A DNA stretch of 64,000 bases from contig NW_024055476.1 of the NCBI RefSeq assembly GCF_902713615.1, positions 186,001-250,000 of the forward strand. The letters run 5' to 3'. This stretch comes from Scyliorhinus canicula (taxonomy: Eukaryota). Position 1 is the stretch's first letter, and the number at the start of each line of letters is the position of its first letter. Below the pieces are notes generated by a model. The model was not told where the DNA came from and searched no databases. It was given only the letters and a program-made list of their open reading frames with translations. The position numbers were made by a program, and so were the translations under genes. Positions 1 through 12,269 of the stretch are shown here, piece by piece.

Positions 1-500
1 AGGGTGAACGCATCCTCGTCGTGTGCATGTTGAGCCTCATCCAATTTAAGGTGGTGCACAACCCCCACATGAGGGTCACGAGGATGAGCCGTTTTTTTGC
101 TGCGGTGGACGAAGAATGAGTGGCCCACCTTGGCATGTGTCTCCCTGATAGCCCGGGGACGGATTTTGCTCAGCTGGCGATTCTGACCGCTGCCATAGAT
201 GGGGATGTGGTTGAGCAAGCTGGCAGATTTCCTGCATTTGGAGAAGATAAAGTTCGCCTTACGTGAAGCGGAACAGGGGTTCACCCGGTGTGGAAGGCAT
301 TTATTATTTCTTCATGGTGAATTAAAGTTTCAGCCGGAGGAGAGTTAGGGGTTGTTCTCGTTGTGCGGGGGTGGGGGTGGGAGCAAAAATTGGAGGGGCG
401 GGTAGATTGGTGGGATGGGTGTTAGGGAATATGGTAGATCTGGGGTGTTTATTGTACCTGGGGGGAGTTTTTCCATCTTTTAATTTCTTACAATTAAGGG
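1..500 (+). mobile_element. L1/Tx1-like LINE 3' fragment (ORF2 C-terminus plus 3' UTR), decayed
   Basis: Plus strand reads RVNASSSCA-(frameshift)-LSLIQFKVVH..HM, resembling the C-terminus of fish/shark L1-clade ORF2; stops present. Confidence 0.6.
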
Positions 501-1878
501 CCAGTATAGCGTGGTCAACCCACCTACCCTGCAACCTTGGGGTTGTGGGGGTGAAACTCACGCAGACGCAGGGAGAATGCGCAAAATCCACACGGACAGT
601 GACCCGGGTCCAGGATCAAATCCAGATCCTCTACACCATGAGAAAGCCGTGCTAACCACTGCGCCACCATGTCACCCTTGGAGTTGTTTCTATCATAATG
701 TTATTGTGATGTTTTCTATGATTTTTATATTTGTATGCAAAACGCCCTTTACTGAAAATATTTTTTTAAATAAGGAAAGCAAGTGGCGAGAATGACACAG
801 GTAATCTACACAGGGATAGTCAGATTAAGTGATTGGGGGGAAACTTACCAAAAGGAACATGATGTAGGAAAATGTGAGATTATACCTCCTTCGATAGGAG
901 GAATAAAGGAGCTGAATGTTATTTAGATGGAGAAAGGCAGCAGAAAACTGTACCGAAGAAGGATTTGTCATCCTCCTGCAGCCATCGCAAAAAGCTAGCA
1001 TGCAAGTTGTTGGGTAACAGGGAAGGCGCATTGAATGTTGAGCTTTATTTTGAAGGGAATGCTATATAAAAATAGCGAAGTGTTGATAAAACTACACAGT
1101 GCACCAGCAAAATCACACCTGATGTTCTTTGAACACTTTGGGAAGGATGACATATTGGTTTTCGAAGCAGTCCAGAGAATGTTCATGATGTTGATCCCGG
1201 GTATGGATTTTCTTATGAAGAGTGGCTGAGTAGATTGGGCCTATACTCACTGGATATTAGAAAAATGAAGGCGACCTAATTGCGACATAAATCATTCTCA
1301 GACGGTTTGACAGGGTAAATGCCGAAAGGTTCCTATCCCTTGTGGAAGATTCTTGGACCTGAGGATTTAATCTTAAATGAAGGCATCGCCATTTAAGGCA
1401 GACATGAGGAGGAATTTTTTTTCTCGGTTGGCAGCGTATCTGTGGAATTCTGTGGTGAGAAAGGTGTAGGAATTGCATCGTTCAGTGTGTTCAAGGCTGA
1501 GATAGATGGATTTTGAATCAGTAAGGAAATAAAGGGATATGGGGTTAAGGCAGGAAAGTGGAATTGAGGATTGCCTGAGATCAGTCACGGACTCGCTGAA
1601 TGCCAGCCAGTCTCAATGGACCCAATGGCCTTGATCTGCTCTTACATCTTCTAGTCGATGGCCTTGCTCCATCTAAACCCAATATCACCGCCTTCAATTC
1701 ACTGTTCAGTCGTCTGCATATTATTTTCCACCTTATCGTCTGCCACTCCAGATTGTTTAGTTAGTGGAATTATCAATCAAAGTAGATCAGAAATACACTG
1801 AATGCGAAATATTGACCGTTGCACTGACACTAGAAATAGACACAATGGCTCACTTATTGCTTTAATCTCAACGCTCAC

Positions 1879-2187
1879 CTATTTTCTTATGGATCGAATT
1901 ACTCAAAGGAGTTGGCAGGTCCTGATGTCTCGCCACACAGTCAAACACAGCCCCACTTAGCCAGGCTTGTGTCGAGATGTTTAATTTGCTGACCACGCTC
2001 TCAGTATCTGCCCCAGGCTGGTCGGCAATCTCTGATTTCAGCGGCTTCTTCGCTTCACTCCAGGACACGTTGACTCCATAAGGAGCATTCGAAATGACGC
2101 AGGTTATGGTTACAGTCGCCTCCAGTAAGACCTGTTCTATTGGTGGTGGCAGTATTGTTACTGAGGCAATAGTGCAAAGGGAAGGAT
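1879..2187 (-). CDS. IGHM: Ig heavy chain mu constant exon CH3
   Basis: C1-set domain [16 protein letters not shown]...ITC...W...[22 protein letters not shown]; acceptor TTCACAG at 2188-2189, donor G|GTGAGC; phase 1/1; 309 nt open. Confidence 0.92.
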
Positions 2188-2429
2188 CTGTGAATGAAAA
2201 CATGAAAATCAACCCACGTTTCATCTTCAGAATCAGGACAGTGGTATTCAACCTTTACTCTCTAAATGGGAATGAATCAACTTCGAAATAACAACCTCGA
2301 AAGATCGTCGATGAACAGAACTGGCTTTGTTATAGAAGACACAGAGTAATGGTGGAAGGGTTTTTTTTCTGAATGGATATCTGTAACAAGTGGTGTTCAG
2401 CAGAGATCAAAGATCTGGAGACAAATGTG

Positions 2430-3290
2430 GGTGGTCTGTTAACAAGTTTGCGGATGACACGAAATTGGCGGAATTGCCGATTGTTCCGAGGGTGGTCAGA
2501 GGGTATAAGTGGGATAGATAGATTGGAGACTTGGGCACAGAAATAGCAGACGGAGTTTAATCCGGACAAATGTGAGGTGATGCATTTTGGAATATCATAT
2601 GTGGTTATGAATTATACCGTAAATGGCAGAACGCTTGGACCATTAACATACAAAGGGACCTTGGCATGCAGGTCCACAGTTCTCTAGTGGCAACATAGGT
2701 GGCCACGGTGATTATGAAGGCAAATGGCATGCTTCCCTTCATCAGCCAGGGCATTGAGTGCAGGAGTTGGGAAATCATGTTGCAGCTATATAAAAGTTTG
2801 GTTCGGCTGCATTTGGAGTATTGCATGCAGTTCTGGTCAAGACATTATCAGAAGAACGTGGAAGCTTTGGAGAGAGTGCAAAGAAGGTTCACCAGGATGT
2901 TGCCTGCTCTTGAAGGTGTTGGCTATGAGGAGCATTTGAAAAAAACTAGGAATGCTTTTACTGCCAAGACGGAGGCTGAGGGGACACCGGATAGAGGTCT
3001 ACAAAATTATGAGAGAATTAGGCAGGTTTGCTGTCAGAGGCTTTTTTCAAGGATGGAGTGTCAATTACAAGGGGCCACAGGTTAAAGATGAGAGAGGGAA
3101 AGTTTACGGGAGATGTGCGGATAGGTTTTATCGCGCAGAGAGTGGTGGATGTCTGGTATGCACTGCCAAAGGATGTGGTGGAACCCGGCACATTAGCAAC
3201 ATTTAAGAACTATCTGGATGGATACATGAATAGGGAGTAAATAGAGGGATATGGACCGAGTAAGGACAGAGGGTTCTTTTTAGATAGGGC
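2430..3290 (+). mobile_element. CR1-clade LINE 3' fragment
   Basis: LYKSLVRLHLEYCMQFWS...[16 protein letters not shown]-terminal motifs, with frameshifts. Confidence 0.85.
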
Positions 3291-3377
3291 ACATTGAGCG
3301 GCGCAGGCGTGGAGGACTTTGCTGTACTTTTGTTTGTTCTTTGTAAGCAGGTTGTCTGTGAAACCTATTATAGAATA

Positions 3378-3570
3378 GGGGCTGGTTTAGCTCACAAGGC
3401 TCACAAGGCTAAATCGCTGGCTTTTAAAGCAGACCAAGCAGGTCAGCAGCACGGTTCGATTCCCGTACCAGCCTCCCCGGACAGGCGCCGGAATGTGGCG
3501 ACTAGGGGCTTTTCACAGTAACTTCATTGAAGCCTACTCGTGACAATAAGCAATTTTCATTTCCATTTCA
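3378..3570 (+). mobile_element. tRNA-derived SINE (GGGGCTGGTTTAGCTCA head, CATTT tail)
   Basis: A/B-box head; near-identical copies at 4254-4435 (+) and ~24545-24720 (-). Confidence 0.75.
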
Positions 3571-4059
3571 GAATCACTACCGTGAAGAAGTGCACCAATC
3601 GGTCCATCGAGTCTGCACCGACCCTCGAAAGAGCACCCTACCAACAACCACTCTCCCGCCCTTCCCCATAACCCTATGGCCCCATGGAACCGTTAGACTC
3701 TAAGGGACAATTGTGCACGGCCAATCTACCTAACCTGCCCATCTTTGGACTGTGGGAGGAAACGGAGCACCCGGAGGAAACCCAAGCAGACTCGGGGAGA
3801 ATGTAGAAACTCCTTACAGGCAGTCAGCCAAAACCAAAATCGAAACCAGGGTCGTGGCGCTAAGATGTAGCAGTGCTAATCGCTATTCTCATTGTCAAAG
3901 TCGTTCAGCCCTGGAATCCTTCTAAAAACTGCATTGCAGTATTCCCAATGCAGAATACACTGTTCCTGATCTCTGGAATGAAGTAATGAAGGCTGATTTA
4001 TAAATAGGTTGGATGAACTTTCCAACACTTTCCCCCGGAGCTGTCAGCAGTAAAGCGTT

Positions 4060-4950
4060 CCAGACACCCGCTGCCTCTCAAATCCAAGATTCTTGGTAGT
4101 GAGGATGAGCAGAGAGATCTCTGTGTCCATGTACATAGATCCCTGAAAGTTGCCACCCAGGTTGAGAGGGTTGTTAAGAAGGCGTACGGTGTGTTAGCTT
4201 TTATTGGTAGAGGGATTGAGCTTCTGAGCCATGAGGTCACGTTGCAGTTGCAGGGGCTGTTTAGCTCACTGGGCTAATCGCTGGCTTTGAAAGCAGACCA
4301 AAGCAAGCCACAAACATGGTTCGTATTCCCATAACAGCCTCCCTGAACAGGCGCCGGAATGTGGCAACTAGGGGCTTTTCACAGTAACTTCAGTTGAAGC
4401 CTACTCGTGACAGTAAGCAATTTTCATTTTTTTCATTTCCGTTGTACATAACTCTGGTGCGGCAGCATTTGGAGTATTGTGTGCAGTTCTGGTCACCGCA
4501 TTATAGTAAGGATGTGGAAACATTGGAAAGGGTGCAGAGGAGATTTACCAGGATGTTGCCTGGTATGGAGGGAAGATCTTTTGAGGGAAGATGAGGGACT
4601 TGAGGCTGTTTTCGTTAGAGAGAAGAAGGTTAAGAGGTGACTTAATTGAGGCATACAAGATGATCAGAGGATTAGATAGGGTGGACAGTGAGAGCCTTTT
4701 TCCTCGGATGGAGATGTCTAGCACGAGGGTACATAGCTTTAAATTGAGGGGAGATAGATGTAGGACAGATGTCAGAGGTAGGTTCTTTACTCAGAGAGTG
4801 GTAAGGGCGTGGAATGCCCTGCCTGCAACAGTAGTGGACTCGCCAACATTAATGGCATTTAAATGGTCATTGGATAAACATATGGATGTTAAGGCAATAG
4901 CGTAGATGAGCTTTAGAGTGGTTTCACAGGTCGGTGCAACATCGAGGTCG
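4060..4950 (+). mobile_element. CR1-clade LINE 3' fragment interrupted by a SINE (4254-4435)
   Basis: [17 protein letters not shown]...LERRRLRGDLIEAYK motifs. Confidence 0.85.
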
Positions 4951-5235
4951 CTGTAATGTTCTAAGTTCTAATCCGCTGTCTCAGGATAAAGCTGATATCA
5001 AGTCCACCTCACTCACTAAAGGTCTTCAAAGTAAAGGGAAGTATTCTTTGCTGTTCTGATAAAATCTTGAATGGTGAGCAAGTCCAATGCAGCTCTTACA
5101 TTAGAATGAATCACAAAGTACATGGCAGTAAATTAGAAATTGATCTGTGCTTTGCATTAACTTCAATACATTTCTGGTGTTGATTAACATCAGAGTGCAG
5201 GATGATCTATAGTTTCCCCTGTCTGTGTCTCTTAC

Positions 5236-5547
5236 CCGACGAGGCGAGGTTGAGACTTTGGGTGACCTCTTGATGAGTGACCTGGCAGGTATAGACCGCT
5301 TTGCTGAACCATTCCCCAGCGGAGACTGTCAGCCGACTGCTCGCCGAGAAGTTCCCGTTCACTTCACAGGCGGGAGAGGTGACAATTCCTGAACCCACGG
5401 ATTGTCCAGTCTTCAGCCACTTCACCGTGATTGAATTTGGCTGGAAATCGATGATTGAACAGATGATGGTTGCAAATTTCTGTCTTGTGATTTCTTCATT
5501 GGGACTCACGGTGAGGAGAACATGTGGATGGATGTCATTTCTAGGAA
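5236..5547 (-). CDS. IGHM: Ig heavy chain mu constant exon CH2
   Basis: [14 protein letters not shown]...[19 protein letters not shown]...[19 protein letters not shown]; donor G|GTAAGA; the only phase-compatible acceptor is TTGAAG ending at 5548. Confidence 0.88.
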
Positions 5548-5606
5548 CTTCAAGGACCATAAGTTAGACATTATTGCAGACGATGCAGAAGGGGCAGCAG
5601 GGTAGT

Positions 5607-5945
5607 AGGGGCAGCAGGGTAGCATGGTGGTTAGCATAAATGCTTCACAGCTCCAGGGTCCCAGGTTCGATTCCCGGCTGGGTCACTGTCTGTGTGGAGT
5701 CTGCACGTCCTCCCCCTGTGTGCGTGGGTTTCCTCCGGGTGCACCGGTTTCCTCCCACAGTCCAAAGATGTGCGGGTTAGGTGGATTGGCCATGCTAAAT
5801 TGCCCGTAGTGTCCTAATAAAAGTAAGGTTAAGGGGGGTTGGGTTACGGGTATAGGATGGATACGTGGGTTTGAGTAGGGTGATCATGGCTCGGCACAAC
5901 ATTGAGGGCCGAAGGGCCTGTTCTGTGCTGTAATGTTCTATGTTG
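5607..5945 (+). mobile_element. V-SINE/HE1-like shark SINE
   Basis: tRNA-like head, core GGTCACTGTCTGTGTGGAGTCTGCACG...CCCACAGTCCAAAGATGTGC, CR1-like tail; further copies near 510-670, 3600-3885, 8100-8375, 13600-13940, 15165-15370, 17790-18105, 26690-26985, 39086-39300. Confidence 0.75.
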
Positions 5946-6063
5946 TAACAAATAAACTGACTTATTATTTTTTCACAGTTACTCTGCGCTAAATGTGTCA
6001 TAACCAAAGTTATAAATAAATTAATCACAGCGTTTCTGTTTTCACATGTTCGACAACACTTAC

Positions 6064-6360
6064 GCATTTCAATGCTCTTGTCTGAGCCGCTGTGTCGAAC
6101 CTCACAGCTGATGTTGCTGCATCCCCCCTCTGACTCGGTGATGGTTAACTGGCTGCTCAGGGTGTAGGTTCCCTTCTTGTTTCTCACTGACGGATATTTC
6201 TTAACTCCAGTGGTGATCGGCTGCCCATCTTTCTTCCAGGTGAGGCTGGTGATTTCTGGGGAGTAGTCCATCGCCAAACAGCCGTAGGTCACGGAGCCGT
6301 CGGTGTTGTGTTGTTGACAGGAGGAGACCAGACTGTAGAGAGTGGGCGGAGACGGTGTCG
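6064..6360 (-). CDS. IGHM: Ig heavy chain mu constant exon CH1
   Basis: [45 protein letters not shown]...[14 protein letters not shown]; acceptor CTCTCCCAG, donor C|GTAAGT; keeps the putative light-chain-binding Cys (SSC). Confidence 0.93.
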
Positions 6361-6660
6361 CTGGGAGAGAATGGCCCATTTAATAAGTTAGACTCTATAT
6401 TTGAGTTTAAGTAACCAAACATTTCAAAATGTGCCTCAAGCTATGCGTTTATGCTAACATTTCCCCATTAAAAGTTACATCGACATTTAAGCTTCTATTA
6501 GTCTCTCATTTGAGATTCATACCTCTTTGCCTCCTCACTCGGAGCTCACATCTTACTCCTGCTCTCCCACAGGATAAAAAATGGCATTTTGGTGCCATAT
6601 GAATGGTGTAACGTTTATTAAAATGAAAGAGAAGCAGGAGGTTTCCCCATTATTTCAACA

Positions 6661-6668
6661 ATGCAAAT
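6661..6668 (+). promoter_or_regulatory. Octamer motif in the J-C intron, ~300 nt 5' of CH1
   Basis: Exact ATGCAAAT; function inferred only. Confidence 0.3.
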
Positions 6669-6679
6669 GGTGCCGTAGT

Positions 6680-6865
6680 CACGGAGACTGCGCTCTCCTT
6701 TTGAGAGCTGACTAGTGGTGCTTTAACCTGAGGGTCACTATACCTGAGGTGAGTGGCAAGGTTGAGAATGGGGCCCTTTATGAATAAGGTCAGCTGGTAC
6801 AATAATCGAACCCGCGCTGTTGGGATCGTTCCTCATCACGAACCAGCCGTCCAGCTAACTGAGCT
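6680..6865 (-). mobile_element. tRNA-derived SINE whose head seeds the adjacent minisatellite
   Basis: Minus strand reads AGCTCAGTTAGCTGGACGGCTGGTT...GGGTTCGATT (A/B boxes). Confidence 0.6.
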
Positions 6866-7173
6866 GTGTACGTCACAATCCAGCTAACTGGGTTGTGTGT
6901 ACGTCACAATCCAGCTGACTGGGTTGTGTGTACGTCACAATCTAACTAACTGAGCTGTGTACATCACAATCCAGCTAACTGAGCTGTGTACGTCACAATC
7001 TAACTAACTGAGCTGTGGACGTCACAGTCCAGCTAACCGAGCTGTGTACATCACAATCCAGCTAACCGAGCTGTGTACGTCACAATCCAGCAAACTGAGA
7101 TGTGTACGTCACAATCCACCTAACTGAGATGTGTACGTCACAATCCAGCTAACTGAGATGTGTACTTCACAAT
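6851..7173. repeat. Minisatellite, 11 x 29-31 bp, consensus CCAGCTAACTGAGCTGTGTACGTCACAAT
   Basis: Units counted by eye starting at 6851, 6880, 6911, 6942, 6971, 7000, 7029, 7058, 7087, 7116, 7145. Confidence 0.95.
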
Positions 7174-7194
7174 CAGCAGCACTTTGTGATAAAG

Positions 7195-7975
7195 AACGGT
7201 GTGAGGGAGTGAGATAGCGTCCGTCTGTAAGTCAGTATGTGTCTCTGGGAGAGAGAGTCGGCGTGGATCTGAGTCTGTCTGTATGTGTTTGCGTGGTAGG
7301 GAGAGTATGCATGTGAGAGAGTGTTTAATGGAACGTGTGTGTGGTAGGGAGTGTGAGAGCGAGATACTGTTTATGTGAGGGATGTTGTGTGAGAGAGACC
7401 ATTTGTGTGAGAGTGTGTCTGAGTAAGTGTGTGAGAGAGACCGAATGTGTGTGTGATAGAGTGTGGGAGAGAGCGGGCGGATGAAAGGCAGAGATAAATT
7501 GTGTGCGTTTGTCCCTGAGAGTGTGCATGTGGGAGAGAGAGCACGTGAGAGGATGTATGTTATATGAAGAGGGCATGTGCCTAGCAGAGAGTCTGTGAGA
7601 GACGGGTAGTGTGTGTGAGAGAGAGAGAGTGAGAGAGAAAATGTGTCGGTAAAAAGGTGAATTTGTGAGAGTGTGTCTGTTTGTAAGAGAGTGTGAGTAT
7701 GTGCGTCTGAGTGCTTCCTCCGTCACCATGTGAGTGTATGGGAGAACGTGATTACATGTTTGTGTTTTGAGAGAGAGTGCGTGTGAGAGACAGAAGCACA
7801 GGTGTAATTCATAGTCTGTGCGGGGGTGCGTGAGGGAGGGAATGTCTAAGAGTGAGAATGTAACTGTGATAGGATGAGTGAGTGTGTGTAAGGGAGAATA
7901 TGTCAGAGTATGAGTGTGTGTGTGTGTGTGTTTGCGGGTGAGAGAGTGTAATGTGTGTGTGTGTGTCAGGATGGC
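7195..7975. repeat. Low-complexity (GA/GT)-rich block
   Basis: Interspersed GAGA/GTGT runs over ~780 nt. Confidence 0.85.
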
Positions 7976-10900
7976 TCACTCCCAGTTTCCATAGTCTCAT
8001 TCACCCGCACACTCCACACATACTCGCATCCACTCTCACGGTGAGCATAATCCGTCTTGCAGAACATGAGTTGGAGAATCATTTCGGTCTTTGGCAGCTG
8101 CGGCACGGTCGTATGGTTGCTTCACAGCTCCAGGGTCCGAGGTTCGCTTCCTGGCTTGGCTCACTGCGCGGTCTGCACGTTCTCTCCGTGTCTGCGTGGG
8201 TTTCCTCCGGGTGCTCCGGTTTCCTCCCACAGTCCAAAGACATGCTATGACGTGAATTGGACATTCTGAATTTTCTCTCAGTGTACCCGAACAGGCGCCG
8301 TATTTTGGCAACCAGGGGGTTTTCACGGTAACTTCATTGCAGTTTTAATGTAAGCCTGCTTGTGACAATAATAAAGATTATCGTTATCAAAATGTCGTCC
8401 ACTGACTTATTGTTAAATAAGAAATATTGTTAAAATGCGCGTAATTTCACCCAGCAATGGAACAATTTATTTCCCGATATCTGATTGGATAACTCCAGCT
8501 CGTTAGTTCGATGTTCCGCCTACTTGACCTCTGCGGGGAAAGGCTCTCATGTCAGGTCCAGGCCACGTTAAGATATAGAGTAAAATTTCCACCCCATCCC
8601 ACAAAAGTTCCTGTCTCTTACTGCAAGAATGGAGACACAACATTGGTTTGATACAAAATGCAACATGGACTCCCTCCAGCGCAGAAGGAGGCATTCGGCC
8701 CATTGAGCCTGCACCGACCCCCTGAGAGATCACACTACCTAGACACAATTTCTCACCCTATCCCCGTAGCTCCACCTTGGAACAATTTAGCATGTCCAAT
8801 CAATATAGCATGCATATCTTTAGATTGTAAGAGGAAAGTGCAGCACCCGGAAGAAGCCCACACAAACACTGAAAGAATGTGCAATCTCCACCCGAGGTCT
8901 GAATCGAACACGGGTCTCTAACACTGAGGCGGCAGTACTAACCCCTGTGCCACCGCACCTCCGATCTTTAACATTATCACCTAAAGGAACGTCACCACCT
9001 ACACGTCAGGTCTGTGATTGAAGATTTGGAACTTGCTGCACTGAGTGAAATTCTAAAATAACTCAAGAAATTCAACACGGTCGAGGACAAAGCGTCCCGC
9101 CAAATTAGCCCCCATTCACCCTCTTAAAAAATCACTCCCCCGTCACCGACAAGCAGTGGCAACTGTGTCTATGATGTACAAGATGAACTGCAGCAACTTT
9201 CCAAGACTCCATCGAAAGCACCTTCCAAATTGCAACGTCAACCACCTACCACCGAGGCAGCACGATAGAACAAGTGGATAGCATTCTGGCTTCACAGCGC
9301 CAGGGTCACAACTGGGTTGTATTCTGGGTCACTGTCTGTGTGGAGTCTGCACGTTCTCTTCGTGGCTGCGTGGGTTTCGTCCGGATGCTCCTGTTTCCTC
9401 CCACAGTCCAAAGATGTGCAGGTTAGGTGGATTGGCCATGATAAATGGCCTTAGTGACGAAAACGTTCAAGAAGGGTTATTGGGTTCCGGGGATAGGGTG
9501 GAACTGAGAGCTAAAGTGGGTCGGTGCAGACTCGATAGGCCGAATGGCCTCCTTCTGCACTGTATGTTCTATGTTGCAGAACGACAGGAACACCAGATGC
9601 ATGGGAGCACCAGCAATTGGTTGTGCCCTTCCCTGCCACACACTATCCACCCTAACTGGAAACTATACTGCCGTTCCTTCACTCTCGTTTGGTCAAAATC
9701 CTGGAACACTCTCCATCACAACACTGCGGGTGTACCTGCGCCATATGGACTGCAGTTATTCAAGAATTATTCAAGTCATCACTTTCTCAATGGGCAATTA
9801 AGCAGAGACAACAAATGTTAGTCATACCACAGACTCTACAGTTCCTGAATAAGATGATCATTAATATTCAGACTAATTGCCCCCTTTCCACTGCCCCAGT
9901 AAATAGGTCAAGGACTGGTGCAGCACTGAATAAAATAGAATAAAGCTCCATCTGCATTGCGTCGTCTAACATTCCAAAGCTAGATACATCAGTGGTTAAA
10001 ATATACCCACATCTCCTCCAGTCTGTATTGAGTTTCTTCTTCTATCAATTTAGAGTACCCAATTCTTCCTGTTTTCATGAAGGGGCAGTTTAGCGTCGCC
10101 AAACCAACTACTCTGAACAGCTTTGGGTTGTGGGGGTGAGGCACGCGCAGACATGGGGAGAATATGCAACGTTCACACAGACAGTGACCCAGGGCTCGGA
10201 TCGAATGCGGGTCCTCAGCCCTGGGAGGCGGCAGTGCTAAACACTGCACCACCATTCCACCCTTGTCTGGTGTTGCTGAGTTGTTCATTATGACTGTCAC
10301 AATCTGGGGTAAGGATCTCAGTTCACAGGCGGCTTAACTAACATAAAGTCAAATTTTCGCAATCCTCACAGATACACGTTTTTGAAGAAATAAATCAAAG
10401 CACAGTCCCTGAAATACGAGACGATGAATTATTCACACTGCTTTATTCTAATTGATAAGTGGTCAACTTTAGACAACAACAATAACCTCTTTGAAATTAA
10501 ACTGATATTTATTAAAAACTCCCTTTGCCTTGTAACTAATTCTGTCTGTCCGAACTGTGCAACATTTATATTGGCTGAAAACAATCACATCAAATATTCT
10601 GTTCCAATTAAGGGGCACTTTAACGTGTCCAATTCCCCTATCCTGCACAATTTTGGAGCCGTGGATCTCCACCTAGACACAGGGTGCACGTGCAACTCCA
10701 AAGCGGAGCGACTCAGGGCGGAGATCGAATCGAGATTCACGGTGCTGTGAGGCAGCAATGCTGCCCACTGCACCACCATACCATCCTGTTCATATTGACG
10801 ATAACAGATTGCATTCAGTTTAACGTCATTGATAAAGATTCGGAGATATGAAAGAAACAAACAAAAGAGTAACCCGATTACCCGATTGACCTAATTTCTT

Positions 10901-12261
10901 AAGTAAATGTAACCACAAAATAATCGAGACAAAGCACATCATCGGCCTGAGCATAGAAATGTATTGTTTTCTAAATTCATTTTGGATACAATAAAAATTT
11001 CTCTAAAAGCTGAACTGTAGCATTTATGTTTGATTTGTTCGAACTGTCATTGCATTGCACGTTGTTTTTAATTGCCAGTTAGCCTTGTTGGATGATTTGC
11101 ACTCTATAATAAAAAAATGAAAAATTTATATAATTCAAAGCGAGATCTTGCCTGGAACTTTGCTTATAAATTGCGTTTAATTAAATGTCAAGCAATGCTA
11201 AACAATAAACCTCAAATAACCGGATGGAAACATTCAGACCAGGATATTTTAAATTAAATCTAATAACATTTAACATTTTACTTTTTGGTAATAATCGTCC
11301 TGTTTGAACCTGCAAAAATGTGAAATATGAATATTTCTGAACTCATTGAATTCCATCTATTCACAGAGTCTAATTCGCACGATAAATCGATAAGCGTCTC
11401 GCTCTTTATATATACATAAATATATCTTACTTTCAGCTCGGATACATAAAGTATGTATATCGATCTATATATATATAATGTGTGTGTATGTGTGTATTTC
11501 TGACAATAATTTTGACAATCCCGACAACTGAATTATTAAAACTGCTGCTCAATGAAAGGAGATCCAAAATTAATCTGTGTAAAACACAGTTAAAATTGTT
11601 CATTCAGATCCTCTCCAAAACTGAAACATAATAAGCAAATGGAGCAGATATTTTGTTGTTTAATTTAATATTCAATATAAATAAGCTTGAGAATCAGATA
11701 TGATCTTTTCTTTATTCTGTCATTTGTTTTTACTATAATTCTATACTGTGTACAGCACAGTTATATCAGACTGGCTGTTGTTAATTATTGCAAAGCTCAT
11801 ATTCGCATTTTCTGATTAAATTAATCTGTTTGAATTTCAAGCTGTTACTTGTCAATCTCCAGCCCTGTGCAGTCTGAACATTCCTACAATTTAAATAGAA
11901 TCATTAGAAAAATGTCTTCACTGTCAGTGACTTCCAGATCACAGAAAACTGTTTATGATTAGATTAGCGACAATTATCTCACTATCCATCTACAAATGAC
12001 ATTGAAGGAATCATGAATCACAGTGAACAATATGGAATCATATTGTTGTGGCTGCACAGAAAGAATATAATAACCGGATACATAAATTGCCAAACTGAAA
12101 TATAAAATTCCTATTTAAGTAACTGCAAACGTAATCAGGGATCTAAAAATTAATCCAAAATCTCTTGTGCAACTGAACACCTGTGTAGAATCAGTATGTT
12201 ATTGTTAAAATAGTTCCGGGCACAATTAGATTATATTTTCAGGCTAGAAAATGTTCCAGTC

Positions 12262-12269
12262 ATGCAAAT
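12262..12269 (+). promoter_or_regulatory. Octamer motif at the edge of an AT-rich intronic block, near E-box CACCTG (12178-12183)
   Basis: Exact motifs seen; enhancer role inferred. Confidence 0.3.

Noticed and set aside
1-1878. CH4 or secretory tail within the window
   Set aside because: Only LINE/SINE fragments and short unique sequence; no C1-set motif in any minus frame
3378-3460. SINE heads as true tRNA genes
   Set aside because: A/B boxes present but no closed cloverleaf, and they continue into shared SINE bodies and tails
6851-7173. CRISPR-like array
   Set aside because: Head-to-tail units with no unique spacers, eukaryotic context, no cas genes
7325-8000. His/Thr/Leu-rich ORFs
   Set aside because: Translation of CA/CT low-complexity sequence
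12019-12025. CACAGTG in the J-C intron as a leftover D/J RSS (also CACTGTG at 17235-17241)
   Set aside because: No nonamer at 12 or 23 nt and no coding segment adjacent
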